Part shown: positions 24,560 to 38,815 of the stretch, piece after piece
Layout of the letters: every line of letters starts with the position of its first letter
Position numbering within the stretch: the first letter of the stretch is position 1
Source of the DNA: Octopus sinensis
Taxonomy: Eukaryota
Assembly (NCBI RefSeq): GCF_006345805.1
Contig: NC_042997.1
Span: 107,818,001 to 107,882,000 of the forward strand
Direction of reading: 5' to 3'
Length of the DNA: 64,000 bases
Translations under genes and position numbers: made by a program
Notes under the pieces: model-generated
The model's database searches: none
What the model saw: the letters and a program-made list of their open reading frames with translations, nothing else
What the model was told of the DNA's origin: nothing

Positions 24560-25060
24560 AGTACGAAGTGGCAAAGACAGTCTCTGACAGCTATTGGATC
24601 CTCGTATCGAGTGAAGACTCTATAAGTCGAGTACTCGGTCATCGGAGAAATATAGGTTAAACAGTGGAGAAAAAGCTCCTCATCAATGATATTTGTTGTG
24701 GTTCATTATGTCTTGGAGGGTAGGAGGGTAGGAGGGTCCAATTAAATCCAGCTGGATCGGGTTTTCTTCAGGTAAATCCACGATCAGAAAGAGTGGTTAA
24801 GTGGTAAGGCAAGGTGAAAAGAGGGAAAGAATTATGCAGTACTCCATATTGAGGGAAAATGAAATTGAATGCTATTAGATCCAGCGTTGTACATGGAATA
24901 AGGATACATTCTGGTGAGAGCAAAGCTAAACAGGTAAGAGGTATTCATAGGATATACATTGTTTAGTGTATTGAAGAGTCTTCACTTCAGAGGAGAAGTG
25001 AATGTTAGCAGTTTTCACTCTCCCTCTGGAGTGAATAGCCTTCAATATACTGAACAATAT
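24560..25060 (-). mobile_element. Decayed Penelope-like GIY-YIG region
   Basis: Degenerate minus-strand similarity to PLE endonuclease, plus a ctccgatgac motif like that in the 10.4-kb unit. Confidence 0.4.
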
Positions 25061-26323
25061 ATATCCAATTCTTTCGATGGTTTCAGTCATTAGATGCAGC
25101 CATGCTGGGGCACCACGCTGGAAGATTAGTTGATTACATCAACCCCATTAATTATTTTATGGTCACAGAACGATGAAACACAATGTTGAACTGTGTAGGA
25201 TTTGAACTCAAAGACTAAGGGACGTAATTAAAGACCAGAAGCTGTTCCGTCCGACGCGCAACCGATTCGTGCGAAAAGGTACTTCTTATTACTCGAACGA
25301 GTGATAGTCTCGAACGAGCACAACCCCCACCAAATGAAACAAACAAAAAAAAAAGAAAAAAAAAAGAAAAGGAAAAACACGAACCCACCCCCAGCAAACG
25401 TAGTACAGAGTATAAGATGGGAAATGTTTATAGAATTATTAAACATTTTTGCAATGAAGTTTATGTTGAGAAGTGAAAGTGAGCTACAGATATTCATTGA
25501 TTTATTCGTTGGGAATTGTAGAACCCATCACAAATATTTAATCTTTTGCGACATTTCCTTTGTTTAACAAGTCACTAAACTACTTTCAAGCGTTATCTAA
25601 ACCTCTAAACTAATTCTTGTTATTATTGTTGCTGTCCTATTAAGTTTCGAGTTATTATAATCTCGTTAAAGCTGCGGTAGGATTGACGAAATGAAGAGGA
25701 AACAGTGTTCATATAGGATCACTGGCTAACGTCAGTTGTCGTCACTTGGACGCCTTCAATGTAAATATTCAACATCTGAGACTGAACTCAACTGCAATTA
25801 AATAAATGAATGAAACATCGCTGTAATGATAATTGCTGCATGAAAAAAAACAGCAAAATATCAAATTAGGTTACGTTAGATAATTAATAAAGGCAAAGAA
25901 AGGAAATAACGAAGGACGAAATAATGAATGATAGGAGGGTTAGGGGTAGGGTTAGGGATAGGGATAGAAATAGGGTTAGAGTTAAGTGATAAGGCTTGAA
26001 GCCAATTTTATTGTGGGAATATATCTCTATTCCATTTTATATTTAGTTGGAGAACCTGATGACAAATTATCCGATATCACTGACCGGGCGGATATTTAGT
26101 ATCCACATAATTGGCTAAAAACAAACAAAATTGACGAAAAAAATGCGTACAAAATAAAAAAAAAGGAAAAAAGCAGAGGAAATATATTTAATTTGTGAGG
26201 AAACGATAGTTTAGGAAACAATGCATAAGTATTTTTATACTGGTATTTAATTATTTTAATTGTATAGTGAGAGGAGGGAGGCATAGGGGTGACAGAAGCT
26301 TGTTAGGATCTCAGACTAGAGAG

Positions 26324-26371
<48 letters not shown>

Positions 26372-26933
26372 AAGAGAGAGAGAGATGGGGGGGGAGATGT
26401 GGAAAGTGCGTGGGTGGGGGAAATAATCAATTGTTGGGATTCTGCTCGATTCCTACAAAGTTTTGTAAGAAAATCGAATTTAAAAAGACATTTACAACAA
26501 CAAACGCAGCTTTATATATGGAAGCCTGTAATAATGGAAGCCTGTACTTATGGAAGCATGTACATTAGTAATTCTGTTTATTTCTCGAATATTTGCGATG
26601 TTTCAGTGTTGCCTTGTCGGAGGTTTGCGCTCTCTGAGTGCCCTTGTTTGAAGTTATTTTCTTGCTGTATTTTCTTGGCTTCTATTGCTATGGATATGAT
26701 TTAACGAGGACATTAATACCCAGAATAATGTGCAAAGAGATATAGTGTCACCATCGTTTTATATCAAAATATATATATAAAAAAAAGAAAGTTTAAAGCA
26801 AATCTTTCCGTCCTCCCCGTTTCCTCTTTTATTTACGTTTCACAAATGATTTCAATAAAAGCGAAGAAAATAACCAAACACTCCCTGATTAAACACTTTC
26901 TGATTTTGGTGCGAAATGGGTGTGTGTGTGTGT

Positions 26934-26966
<33 letters not shown>

Positions 26967-27679
26967 AGCCGGTCGATTAAATCAATGCAGGAAAGGATAA
27001 ATGCAAAGACGACCCTCGGTGGGATTGATTTAAGAACGGAATAAATTCCACAAGGTATTAATTCAGATGCTCTACCGATTCTGTCTGTCTATTTTCTGGG
27101 AGATAGAAATCACTTTTTACCTTTAAACCAATTCCACAGATTCGAAAAGTGACAAACTCCGTTGATTAGGAACTGAGAAATAACGCAAGTAATTTATTCT
27201 GGCGCTCTACCGGTTCTGTCTATTAGAAGAATCAGCAGATTGCCAAACAAAATGGCTGGTTATTATATCTGTGTAGACCAACAGTGATTGAGTAGGTTAT
27301 TAAGGCATTCCAACCATGATAATTGCCGTCATAGGTTACCTAGGACTACATTGTTTAAAGTATTCTTTTTATTGCAATAAAGCCATAATTTTGAGAGTGT
27401 GAGATTTGTTATTTCTAGCATGTCGAACGAGTACGTGGCGGCTCCCAAATTAGGACAATAATTATTGACACAAAGTAACAAATATTTTTTGGGAGAGGGA
27501 GAGGTGATAAAGTTGATTGCATTGGCCCCTAGTTTTTGACTGAGACTTTTTTTTGTTAACCTCGGAAAGGGTTTGAACGTAGGATGTAAAGAATGAAGAT
27601 TACATACCATGGGACGATTTATCTGTTGCTTCAATGACCCTGCCAGCCATCAATCTTTGGTAAAGTTTAATTAGTAGTT

Positions 27680-28143
27680 TCAAATTTTGGCACAAGGCCA
27701 GCAATTTCAAGGAAAGGTGGGATGGGGGTAAGCCGATTACATCGACCTCAATGCTCAACTGAGGTCAACTGAGGCAATGCTCAATGCTTATTTTATCGAA
27801 CCCAAAAAGATGAAAAGCAAAGTTGACTTCGGTGGAATTTGAACTTAGAATGTAAAGACGGACGAAATACTGCGAAGCATTTTGTTCGGAATGCAAAAGA
27901 TTTTGTCAGCTCGCCGCCTTTTGGTGGAAAAATAATATTCACATAATAGGCACAAGGCCTGAAATTTGGGGTGGGGCTGATCGATTAAATCAACCCCAGT
28001 GCGTAACTGGTACTTATTTTTATCGATTTCTAAAGGATAAAAGGCATAGTCGACCTCGGTGGAATTTGAAGCCAGAATATAAAGAAAGGTGAAATGCCGT
28101 TAATCATTTTGTCGAGCGTGCTAACGATTCTGCCAGCTCGCTG
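27680..28143 (-). mobile_element. Two adjacent diverged SINE copies (GGCGAGCTGGCAGAA family, alternative tail)
   Basis: Family body and head present. Tail is ...aaatttcaggccttgtgcc rather than the Tx1-like tail. Confidence 0.8.
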
Positions 28144-28799
28144 ATCTTTGGGTGGAAATAATAATAACATTTTTAAAAATCGTTATTTGCCCCATGTACA
28201 GCGAGATCTGGAACGGTTATTGGCATATTTATTCTGATACGACTTGACAGGTTCAGACGCAAAATATGAGGGTCTTTGTAGTGTACGTCATAGGAGAATA
28301 ACTTACGATGGCAGTGTGCCCAAAAGACCGGGCCCAGTAAATTGTTTCAATATAATTACACAATTATTAATTCTATTTTAATTTAAAAGTCAAAAATATT
28401 AGAACGACGCTTAAAGACATTTCTTCTGTCTTTTCCTTTTTTTTCTTCTTTCGTCTTTTCTTTTATATAAATATAATTGTTTGTTCTTAAATTTTATCTT
28501 TTATTTTGATAATTATCGAACCAAAACTGAAAGACAATTTGTTAAAACGATTATAAAATATGCAAAACTAGGTTATAAAACGGTTCGATGTTAATTGTTA
28601 TTATTTTAGTTCACTGGATTTACGTTGAAAATATGTTAAAACACCAGGTGGCCCTATGGCTGTTGAAAGTACGGTATGGTTGGGTGATCTGAGTTAAAGT
28701 CAACTCCTTAAAGTGTGCCATGGTGGGCGCCGAATTAGATTTGCTGGTCAGAAAATGCTAATTGCTTTTAATGTGCATTTCATCTAATCCTAGCTTGGG

Positions 28800-29200
28800 A
28801 TTACTCATAATCCACTAGAAAATGTTAAACATATTGGGAAAACAACAATTTCCATAACCTTTGCTGGCCGTGCTATTTGATGCGTGTGATACGCGTTTCT
28901 GACTTATATAGGAGAATGTGTACAAGTAAAACGTGGGATGTAGGGATGTGAGATTCTGTTCTGGATGCTACTAAGAGAGTAAACTTCTCCAAAGGATCCT
29001 GGAGGATGGTGTTCACTCGAACGACGTTTTTTGACTTCCATATCATATCCAACAATGAAATGCGTTTGAAAAAAGTCGAGGTTAGCAGACGGAATATTCA
29101 TGACGGAGGATTTAAGATGGAAGGTTTCAAATGGAGGGTTTGGGGATATAGAAATGGAGACAGGAGAGAGAAATTCAACGATTGCCTTTATCCTCATTCT
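28800..29200 (-). mobile_element. Decayed Penelope-like fragment
   Basis: Weak degenerate similarity to PLE coding sequence; judged by eye only. Confidence 0.3.
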
Positions 29201-30164
29201 CTAAGGCTTTTCGTTTGTTAGCGAAAATAAAACCCAAGGAAAAAAAAAAGGGTGAGAGAGAGAGAGAGAAAGAGCGAGAGAGGGAGACAGAGAGAGCGAG
29301 AGAGAGAGGGAGAGAGAGAATGAGATAGCGGGACGAGAAGAATGAGGGTGGTGACTAGAAAAAGAGAGAGAGAAGAGAAAGAGAGAGCAGAGAAGAGAGA
29401 GAGAGAGATAGAGAGAGAGAGAAAGAGAAAGAGAGAGAGATATTAATAGGGGTTACGCAGGTTGGCATCACAGCCCCGTTAAGATGAAAAATCTCACTGG
29501 ATAATGGGATCAGATTTAAATACTCATTTCTGGTAAATAGCGTTGTTTCTGATGTTTTTAGGAAAGAAGAAAAGGAATTTCTTCTCTTTTTTGTTACTTA
29601 CTGCATTTATTTTTAGGGCAAATACATCCATTTCGAAGGCAGAATTATTTTTATGGAATTGTATCTATGTGGAATTTATCTCAATTAGTTTTCAATTTCT
29701 TCATAATTTCTAATGGGGAATTTAAATAAAACTTTTCGGTGACTTGGCAATGGCGGAAAGTTTTGCACAAAATATTTTCCATGCGAAATATGAAAGTGTT
29801 TAGAGCAGGATTGTTTCTTTTACTCCTGAACGTTTTTTTTTCTTTAAAAAATCTCCGATGAACTTTCCTTTCCTTTCTACTCTCTGCCATGACCTGTTCC
29901 TACGATAAGAAATTCCGTGCAAGTATTCCGTTTCAACACAATCTGTTTGAATAAATTATTCAAATTAATTGTTACAATATTTGAAAGCCTGGACAAAGTC
30001 TTCGCAGCAAATAACTAATCTAAGAGATTCTATTCTAGGAACCCTGGTAGTTTGGAGCAAAAACCCCACCCCCACTACCATCGCCATATTAGATAAACAT
30101 CGTATTTATTTAACCCCCACCCCACCCCCACCATTAGAAAGGCTGTAAATGTTCCTTTCATCTT

Positions 30165-30465
30165 TTATCTTTTACTTGCTTCAGTCATTAGACTGCGGCC
30201 ATGCTGGGGCACCACTTTGAGGAACTGTTGTTGAACAAATCGACCCCAGTATTTATTACTATCATGTTTTTTAAAGCCTGGTATTTAGTCCATCGGTCTC
30301 TTATGGGGACGTAAACACACTAACACCGGTTGTCTAGTGGTGGTAGGGAACGAATACACACACACACACACACACACATGACAGGCTTCTTTCAGTTTCC
30401 ATCTACCAAATCCACTCACAAGGCTTTGGTCGGCCCAAGACTATAGTAGAAGACGCCCAAGGTGT
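30165..30465 (-). mobile_element. tRNA/CORE-like SINE
   Basis: cttgcttcagtcattagactgcggccatgctggggcacc ... ttcagtttccatctaccaaatccactcacaaggc. Confidence 0.8.
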
Positions 30466-30892
30466 CACTTTTAGTTTCTGAAACAAAAAGTTAGTAAATT
30501 TAGTATTTTTCCTTTCTTGGACTAAAACCCAACACTATTCTCCTGCGCATCCACTTATCTTGGCATCACGCTAAACTCCGTGCGCAGTCGACCGCTCTCA
30601 TGGCAATTACATAATTATTCTTACAGCAAACGATTTCCTGGTGCCCTGGCAATGCGTAGATTAGATAATAACCGATGTACTATTAAATGACGTTTGTACT
30701 ATTTCTCTCCGATAACAATTGACATTCCACAAGCATTCTTCAAGCAGGATTCAAGACTATCACACCAACCACTGGCCTCAAGAATGCTAATTGATGGGAT
30801 TAAAGAATTGCCACGGGACACGTGGAAAGTTAATATTCTTCAGAACATTAATGATGTCACTGATAAACAGTATCACTGTTGCTGGTATTGAG

Positions 30893-31340
30893 GTCGGCGA
30901 GCTGGCAGAAACGTTAGCACACCGGGCGAAATGCGTAGCCGTATTTCGGCTGCCGTTACGTTCTGAGTTCAAAATCCGCCGAGGTCAACTTTGCCTTTCA
31001 TCCTTTCGGGGTCGATAAATTAAGTACCAGTTACGCACTGGGGTCGATGCAATCGACTTAATCTCTTTGTCTGTCCTTCTTTGTCCCCTCTATGTTTAGC
31101 CCCTTGTGGGCAATAAAGAAATAAGAATCGTTAGCACGCCAGTCGATTACTGGGATCGACATAATGGACTTAACCCTCCCCTAAAATTGCTGTCCTTGTA
31201 CTAGAGTTTGAAATCAATATTATTGGCGTTCGAAGGCGATGAACTAATAGAGTCATTAGCATGCCGGACAAAATGCTTAGCGGCATTTCGTTCGTCTTTT
31301 CGTTCTGAGTTCAAATTCCGCTGAAGTCGATAAAATAAAT
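30893..31340 (+). mobile_element. Nested SINE copies (Tx1-tailed copy abutting agaatcgttagcacgcc) plus a further partial copy
   Basis: Tail caataaagaaata ends at 31123 and is followed by internal head sequence of another copy. Confidence 0.8.
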
Positions 31341-31481
31341 ACAAGTTGAACATCATTAATTGCTGTAAACGTCACAAATATTGCTGCAAAACGTCACAAC
31401 TGGCAAGCAATAATGTCGTTGGTTACAGATTTGCAGGTAGATCAATTATTGGTTCATACTCATTTCTCATGGAGAGAGGAG

Positions 31482-31540
<59 letters not shown>

Positions 31541-32616
31541 GTCTTTGATTGTTACAGAGAATTTGTTCAGAAAGCACCTGAAACCATGATAGGCAAAACC
31601 AGCTCAAAGCGTGCTGTGCAGTGGAATCGAACTTTTAACACAACAGCGGCCGCTCTTACCGCCATATATTAACGTATCCACATATCTTACCTGTTGATTA
31701 TCGAGGCCTATTCGAACCTGTAAGAAGGCCATTCACTGTATTTTGTCACGAAGAAAATTTCTCGCCGAGGACAGATAGGTGTAGGTTCACCGAGTCAGCT
31801 CATAGCGCTCCCTAATAATATGTGCGGGATGCATGCATTTCGGAGTGGTTATCTCCTCTTCCGAATCAGAAGCCGGAAAGGGAGTCGCTGCGAACTGACA
31901 CGAGAGACCGGTCCCTCTTATGATATTCCCGTAATCGTTCAATGATTTTGTTGTGTGGAAGTAGAACACCCCTATTGGTTGGCTCCTAATGGACTGTGCC
32001 ACAATATACATGGACATACGCAGAGAGCCCTGTAAGGAGTGTAAAGCCGAGAGTTGGGTATTGTCGAGGGTTATTACCAGTATCTTGAGTAGAACGATTT
32101 GCCAGGACATTATTATTATTATCCCGTTGTATCGTACGTCGAACGTGCGATACAACAGATTTCTTGTGCTATTCCTGGGTCGCTGTAAATTACGGAATGA
32201 CAGCTCTAAGCACTGATGTGTTCAAATACAAACTTGTTACCTGTTTAAATATGTCTGAGGCATATTCGTAAGACAGGCATTCACTGTATTTTGTCACGAG
32301 ATTCGTTAAATCAACGTTAAATTAATCAACAATAAAACATCTGCAGAACTTAATACAGTCTTGAGTTGACTGGAATACCCCGTTTATGCACCAAAGATTA
32401 ATGTAGAAGCTACTCAGAAGGCATTGTTTTGATTAGTGAAGCCTTATCAATACTCTCTGATGCGATTAACTCTGTGCGGGTGTCTTTAATGATAGACCTA
32501 CTCCATCAGATAACCACAACGATGATGACGACCACCAACTCTCTTGTCACCGCTGCCTCTATCTTCCCCGGTACTCCACCATTGCCACTGCCACCCTACC
32601 ATCACTGTCGCCACTA

Positions 32617-33862
32617 CGGGGGTCGTCTGAGAAGTTCATAGGCTGACCAAGACACCCTCATAGAATGTGACCAAATGAGCCAACCTAGTCCCCATTGCGG
32701 TCCGCACACTTCTTCTCTAAGAATTGCAGTTCTTGAATCCCATTGGCGAAGAAGATTTCATCCGGTTGGTCAAAAACATCATCAACAACAGATACGACGC
32801 CATCATCACTGCGATACCGGTTCCCAGCCAAGTGTTTTTGCTGATGGGGGAACAGATGATAGTCAGATGGGGCGAATCCAGGTTAATAGGGAGGGTGATC
32901 AACCAGTTCAAAGCCATAGCTTTCATCCTATTGGTCAAAAAAGCAGCCATTGAAACCAAGGACTTGTGTGCTGGAGTATTGTCCTGATGAAACAAGACCC
33001 CTTTCATTAGTTTTCCTGGCCGTTTGGTCTCCATAACCTTTCGCAACTGACTAAGCAAGTCGACATAGTACTCTCCATTGATTTTGTGGCTCTTTTGAAG
33101 ATAGTCAGTAAACACGATGTTTTTTGCATCCCAAAAGACTGAGGTCATCACGTTCCCTACAGATGAAAAAACCTTGGCCTTTTTTGGAGCAAGAGAGGAG
33201 GGGTGTTTCCCCTGCATGGATTGTTTCTTTGTCTATGGCTCCAAATGATGAAGCAAACACTCATCTTAGGTTAGAAACATTTTATGATCTGTCTCAAACA
33301 GTGTCAGATTTTCTCGTGATGTGATAAGCCTGCTGTGCTTTTCCTCAGGTACCAATAAACGTGGTACCCACCGAGCAGAAACCTTTTTCATACCAAGTTG
33401 ATAGCGTAGAATATTCTCAACTTTCTCACAGGATATATTAATAGCATTGGTTATTTGATTTATGATCAGTTGCCTGCCACCCATCACCATAGGGTGGACA
33501 TAATCAATGTTTTCCTCGATGGTGGCAGTTGCAGGACGTCCGGACCGAGGGTCACCTTCAAGACTCTCCCTTCCTAAATTCAGATGCCCACTTTTGCACT
33601 GTTGATAAAGATGAAGCATTATCCTCCAATGTAGCAACCATGTTAGCATGAATGTCCCTGGGGACTAAACCCTTTTTTGCAGATACTTGGTAACACCATG
33701 ATGCCAAACTTTATCCATTTTTAATAGAGGTCACTAATAGCCACGAGTCTTCTTCGAATAGTCAGATGTCAGTTTGCGTAGACAGAAGCAATGAATTTAA
33801 ATAAGAAGGGTTGTTTAATGTCTGCGAGTTTTCACTGCTCGAGCATCACTCCTTCATAGTCA
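32617..33862 (-). mobile_element. Mariner transposon, degenerate, right TIR truncated by (CAC)n
   Basis: Left TIR TA|cgggggtcgtctgagaagttcataggctgac. Motifs PRSGRP, KVSARWVPRLL, VFWDAK, FHQDNTPAH. Confidence 0.9.
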
Positions 33863-34080
33863 CCACCACCACCACACCACCACCACCACCACCACCACCA
33901 CCACCACCACCACCACCACCACCACCACCACCACCACCACCACCACCGCCGCCGCCGCCGCTGCCGCCACCACCACCACCACCACCGCCACCATCTTCAT
34001 CACCACCAGCACCACCACTGCCGTCGCCACGACGACGACAACGACGACAACGACGACCACGACGACGACCACGACCACCA
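33860..34080. repeat. (CAC)n/(CGC)n/(GAC)n trinucleotide array
   Basis: Compound trinucleotide run; explains the poly-Pro and poly-Val ORFs. Confidence 0.95.
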
Positions 34081-34789
34081 CAGAACTAGTAGCAGCAGCA
34101 GGTGCAGCAGCCGTTCAAGAATTTGGACCTGGAGATCTCCATTTCCAGCGACTTCGAGGGCCACCTCCCAGTGGTGTCGGGCGTCAACGAAGAGCCCTCG
34201 ACTACAACAAGACGACCAAAGTTTTTTTTTTCCAACGTCTGGGGTCTCCCGCCCCCTAAACCCTAGACCATCACCTAATCACCCTTACCCGTCTTGTTGC
34301 TTAACAACAACAACAACAGATGCTAAACAAGCAAAAAGCAAACGGTAAGGGGTGGTGGTGGGGAGAAAAGAAAGGAGACTGAATTTAGAATGAAAAAAGA
34401 ATAAAGACAGACTTACTTTGACTGATGGTAATGGCGGGTGCATAGATGACGACCGACATGTAGAATATCTGGAAGAGAGGAACAAATGGCAGCTCTGTGA
34501 AATCGCTTCAAGTTGCAGACAACAATTAGGAAATACGACGACATTATTATTGGACATTACTACTACTACTACTACTACTACTATAGGCACAAGGCTTGAA
34601 ATTTTGGGGGAGACGACTAGTCAGTTAAATCGACCCTAGTATTTCACTGGTACCTAGTTTATCGACCCCCAAAAGGATGAAAAGTAAAGTCGACCCTGGT
34701 GGAATTTGAACTCAGAATTAAAGGCGAGCGAAATATCGCTAAGCATTTTGCCCGGCATACTAATGGTTCTGCCAGCTCACCGCCTAAAT

Positions 34790-34826
34790 AATAATGATGA
34801 TGATAATAATAATAATAATAATAATA

Positions 34827-34871
<45 letters not shown>

Positions 34872-34995
34872 TAATAATAATAATGATAATAATAATAATA
34901 TTAATAATAATGTGAACTTCCAACCTGTTTTCTCTTGAGGTCTCTGGGTGAGACTTGGAGCCAACTTGTACAAATATAAAGCAAAAGTCAAACAT

Positions 34996-35067
<72 letters not shown>

Positions 35068-35072
35068 TGATG

Positions 35073-35114
<42 letters not shown>

Positions 35115-35190
35115 TAATGATGATGATGATGATGATGATGATAATAATAATAATAATGATAATAATAAGAATAAGAATAAGAAGAAGAAG
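34790..35190. repeat. (AAT)n array containing an R4/Dong-like 3' end (34912-34998)
   Basis: A short unique segment ending ...aaaagtcaaacattg-(aat)n is embedded in (AAT)n. Confidence 0.7.
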
Positions 35191-35380
35191 AAGAAAAAGA
35201 AAAGACAAATAAGAAACCACACGTGGTTTCTATAAATGTTTAACATTCTTGAATAAACTTTCAATAGCATAAATTTTACACACACGCACACACATATACA
35301 CACATATGAACGCTTGCACGCACACACACACATACACATACACACACGTACACACACGCATACATACATACACGCATACA

Positions 35381-35434
<54 letters not shown>

Positions 35435-35499
35435 CATACACAGACGGTTATAAAACGAGGTGGCACTCCAAACTCATCTAGCAACATTACTATTAGCTT

Positions 35500-36700
35500 G
35501 GCTATTTCTGTTGTATCTGATGAGGAATGCTACAAATACTTAGGAGTAGATGAGAGTATTTCCAGTAACGGAACCGGTACCAAAGAGCGTGTAACCAGGG
35601 ATCATAACATCAAAATAAAGAAAATGTGGTCCTCGGAAATTTCTGCACGCAATCAATCGGTAGCACGTTTGTCGTACCAGGCATACCAACTCTTGGATTA
35701 AATGTTTGGTGGATAAGATCCGAGTTATTATGTTAGAACCTGAAAATGGTTGAGCTTTTCTCGGAATTTCCGCATCAACAGTGATGTAGACACCTTTACT
35801 TTAAACGTAAACAAGGTGTCAGAGAATTTACGTCGATTGATACAACTTTTAAATATTGCTCTATATTTCTTCGAGAAGATCTAGTAATCCCCAAATGTCA
35901 AAGTCCTGCCATGGATCAAGTATGTTTACATGATGTAGATAGCATGATGAGAGTTGGAAAGGAGCTTCTCGGAAAGTATACCTGGAATGATGACCAAGGA
36001 TATGCATCCTGAGAAGGTACACAACTCCAAAGTAATTGGTCATCAGAAGAGTATTTCTATACATACAAGTAAGAGGTTGTGCATGGCTATATTCCTAGAA
36101 GACTTCAAGGTAACAGAAACGTTGATGATCAGAGTAGTTTACCTTGGATTAACTACTGAGGTATTAGCTCTCATTTGGAAAGATATACTTCTGCAATACA
36201 AGAACAGGAAATCGTTTATATCCTTGCATTGGATATATAATATATCAAAGCAGGGGGAAAGAAAGTATTTACACGACGCACCACTATTACTATTACACAC
36301 GACCCAACGCTCTCAATCACGGCTCACGGTGAACTGCTTGGCAACCCGAACTGCCAATCGCTCACAGTTCTTTAATTTATAACAATGGGTGAATCTACCT
36401 TCAGGTACTTGAGGGGTGGTTGGAATCCTTCCACAACAAAATAGCAACAAAATAGCCGAGGTACAAAAAACGATAGGGATGCAGCTAAAGCATCTTCAAG
36501 CCATAACTGATAAAGAGTCTGTAGAGGATGTCACCAACATCATAAGTATTACTTACTTACAGGACATAATGTGATTAAAACACTACATAATGAAATCTGT
36601 AGATAAGATAATTTCTGAGGAGACAAATATATGAAGCTACAGTGATGTGAAGGACAGGATCTCATATGGAAGAAAACTGGTGTAATATATCTGTCAAGAC
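35500..36700 (+). mobile_element. Decayed R4/Dong-like (RLE) non-LTR retrotransposon
   Basis: YKYLGVDE...IKKMWSSEISARN motif of R4/Dong RT; heavily degenerate downstream. Confidence 0.6.
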
Positions 36701-37249
36701 TACACTAAAATGTAAGCAGAACAGACCAGACATAATGATCTGAGACAGAGGTTGGAAACTATGCCCAGTTGTTGAGATCAGTTGTCCAGCATTTGTGAGC
36801 CTAGGGTTAAAAATAAGTGAAAAAGAGAACATCTACGCCGAACTGATGAGAAATTTGTAGTTACTCCATCTGAATCATAAATTTAGATTTCTGCCAATAA
36901 TTATTGGTAGTTAACTGACTCAGTACCAATCTTGAGAAGCTGAGTTTGACAAAACCACAGAGAAAGCGTCTGATCAGAAAGTTAGAGCTATAGTCAGAGG
37001 CACTGTCAAAATATGTAAAACATTCATAAAGTTTAGAGTATAATAAGATCCACATATTCAATAACATCCATACCTGCTCAAATGAGAAATGGTTGGGCAA
37101 AATATTGGAAACGCTACTTGATATTTAACTGTTTTTTTCTATTGGCAATATGACAATCCAAAACTGCTTTACTCTGTTCATATGTGTTCATATGCGTTAC
37201 GTATGACTTGTACGTCCTAATATAGCAATCTGTTTAGTTTTTTTAATAT

Positions 37250-38285
37250 TTAAATGAGGTACAATGCATAACCTCTCTGATTTCCAAAGAGAGCAAATTG
37301 TTGAAGCGAAGATCACTGGAACTCCAGTCACTGAAACTGCTGGATTGTTTAATAGAACCAGATTCTGTCTCTAAAATCATATTTACATTCGAAAACCAAG
37401 CGAAAACCAACACTGGCAAATATAATTCTGGATGGAAGGTAAAGCTCACAAACATGGAATACAGAATAATGAAACGTATTTGAAACCATCGAACTACGCC
37501 AGCAAAAGTGTCAGCTGAGCTAAATCACCACCTTGTCAACCAAAACCATTTGTTTTGAGTTCCATAAAGCTGGATTCCATGGGAAGGCTACAATTGCTAA
37601 AGCCCTCCCTTCCTCACGAATATCAAAAATGATGTCTAAACTCTCAGAAATGGTCAATGGCTCAATGGAAAAACTTCATCTTCTCTGATGAATCATCATT
37701 CACCATTTTTCCCACTGCGGGGTGGTGGGTAGGAGTATGTTTATGTCTGGTGGCAGCCCAAGGGAAGATTTAACCCTGACTATTTGGCTCCTACCGCGAA
37801 GAGTGAAGGGCTGTTTCTATAAGGATTTCGACAGCCATATCACAGAATTCTCTTTGCCCGTTAGTAATTCTACATGGCAGAGTTAACACCAAGGATTATT
37901 TGAGTATTTGGGCTGATTATGTTCATCCTAAGGTACAAACATTGTTCACTGATGGCAGCACAATCTTTCAGGACGATAATGCACCGGTTCATACGGCTGA
38001 TATTATTCGAAACTCTTACGAAGAGCACAAAAGTAAAGTAGACCATATGAATTGGTTCCCACCAATCACTGGATCTCAGCATAATCGAACATTTGGAGTT
38101 CATTTTGGAACAGCAAGTGTGGAACCGTTTCTCTCTGCTATCGTCGCCGAAAGAGCCAAAACAGGTTTTACGTGAAGAATGGCTCAAAATTCCGCTAGCA
38201 ACCATTCAGAAGCTGCACAAGTCAATTCCTCGACGTATTAAAGCTGTGATTAATGCAAAAAGTGAACCAACTCCGTATTAAGTAT
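37250..38285 (+). mobile_element. Decayed Tc1-like transposase
   Basis: LSDFQREQIV-like N-terminus, FSDESSF, IFQDDNAPVHTA and a PTPY* C-terminus; many stops. Confidence 0.8.
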
Positions 38286-38289
38286 TCTT

Positions 38290-38494
38290 TTAATCTTTTA
38301 CTTGTTTCAGTCGTTTGACTGCGGTCATACTGGAGCACGGTTTTTAGTCGAAGAAATCGACCCCAGGACTTATTCTTTGTAAGCCTAGTACTTATTCTGC
38401 CGGTCTCTTTTGCCTAACCGCTAAGTTACGAGGACATAAACACACTAACATCGGTTGTCAGGCGATGGCAGTGGACAAATGCAGAGACACACAC

Positions 38495-38539
<45 letters not shown>

Positions 38540-38603
38540 ATATATATATCAAATATATATATATATATATATATATACATACATACACACACACACACAT
38601 ACT

Positions 38604-38656
<53 letters not shown>

Positions 38657-38815
38657 GACAGGCTCCTTTCAATTTCCGTCTGCTAAATCCACTCACAAGG
38701 CTTTATTCGGCCCGAGCCTATAGTAGAAGACGCTTGCCCAAGGTGCCACACAGTGGGACTGAACCCGGAACCATGTGGTTGGGAAGCAAGCTTTTTACCA
38801 CACTGCCATGTCGTC
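38290..38815 (-). mobile_element. tRNA/CORE-like SINE with internal (TA)/(CA) microsatellite
   Basis: Tail tttacttgtttcagtc through head gtgggactgaacccggaaccatgtggttgggaagcaagc. Confidence 0.88.

Noticed and set aside
33811-34089. Poly-proline ORF, and the adjacent GC-rich stretch to 34290
   Set aside because: The ORF is the translation of a (CAC)n array. The neighbouring stretch is open in several frames with no recognisable domain or splice support.
34659-35441. 260-aa and other long low-complexity ORFs (also around 13 kb, 24.2 kb, 38.5 kb, 41.4 kb and 56.2 kb)
   Set aside because: These are translations of dinucleotide, trinucleotide and tetranucleotide microsatellites.
36561-36596. 36-nt minus-strand segment with strong ag/gtaagt splice signals
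   Set aside because: Wrong phase to precede the 15513 exon, no SLC5 similarity, and it lies in a decayed LINE.
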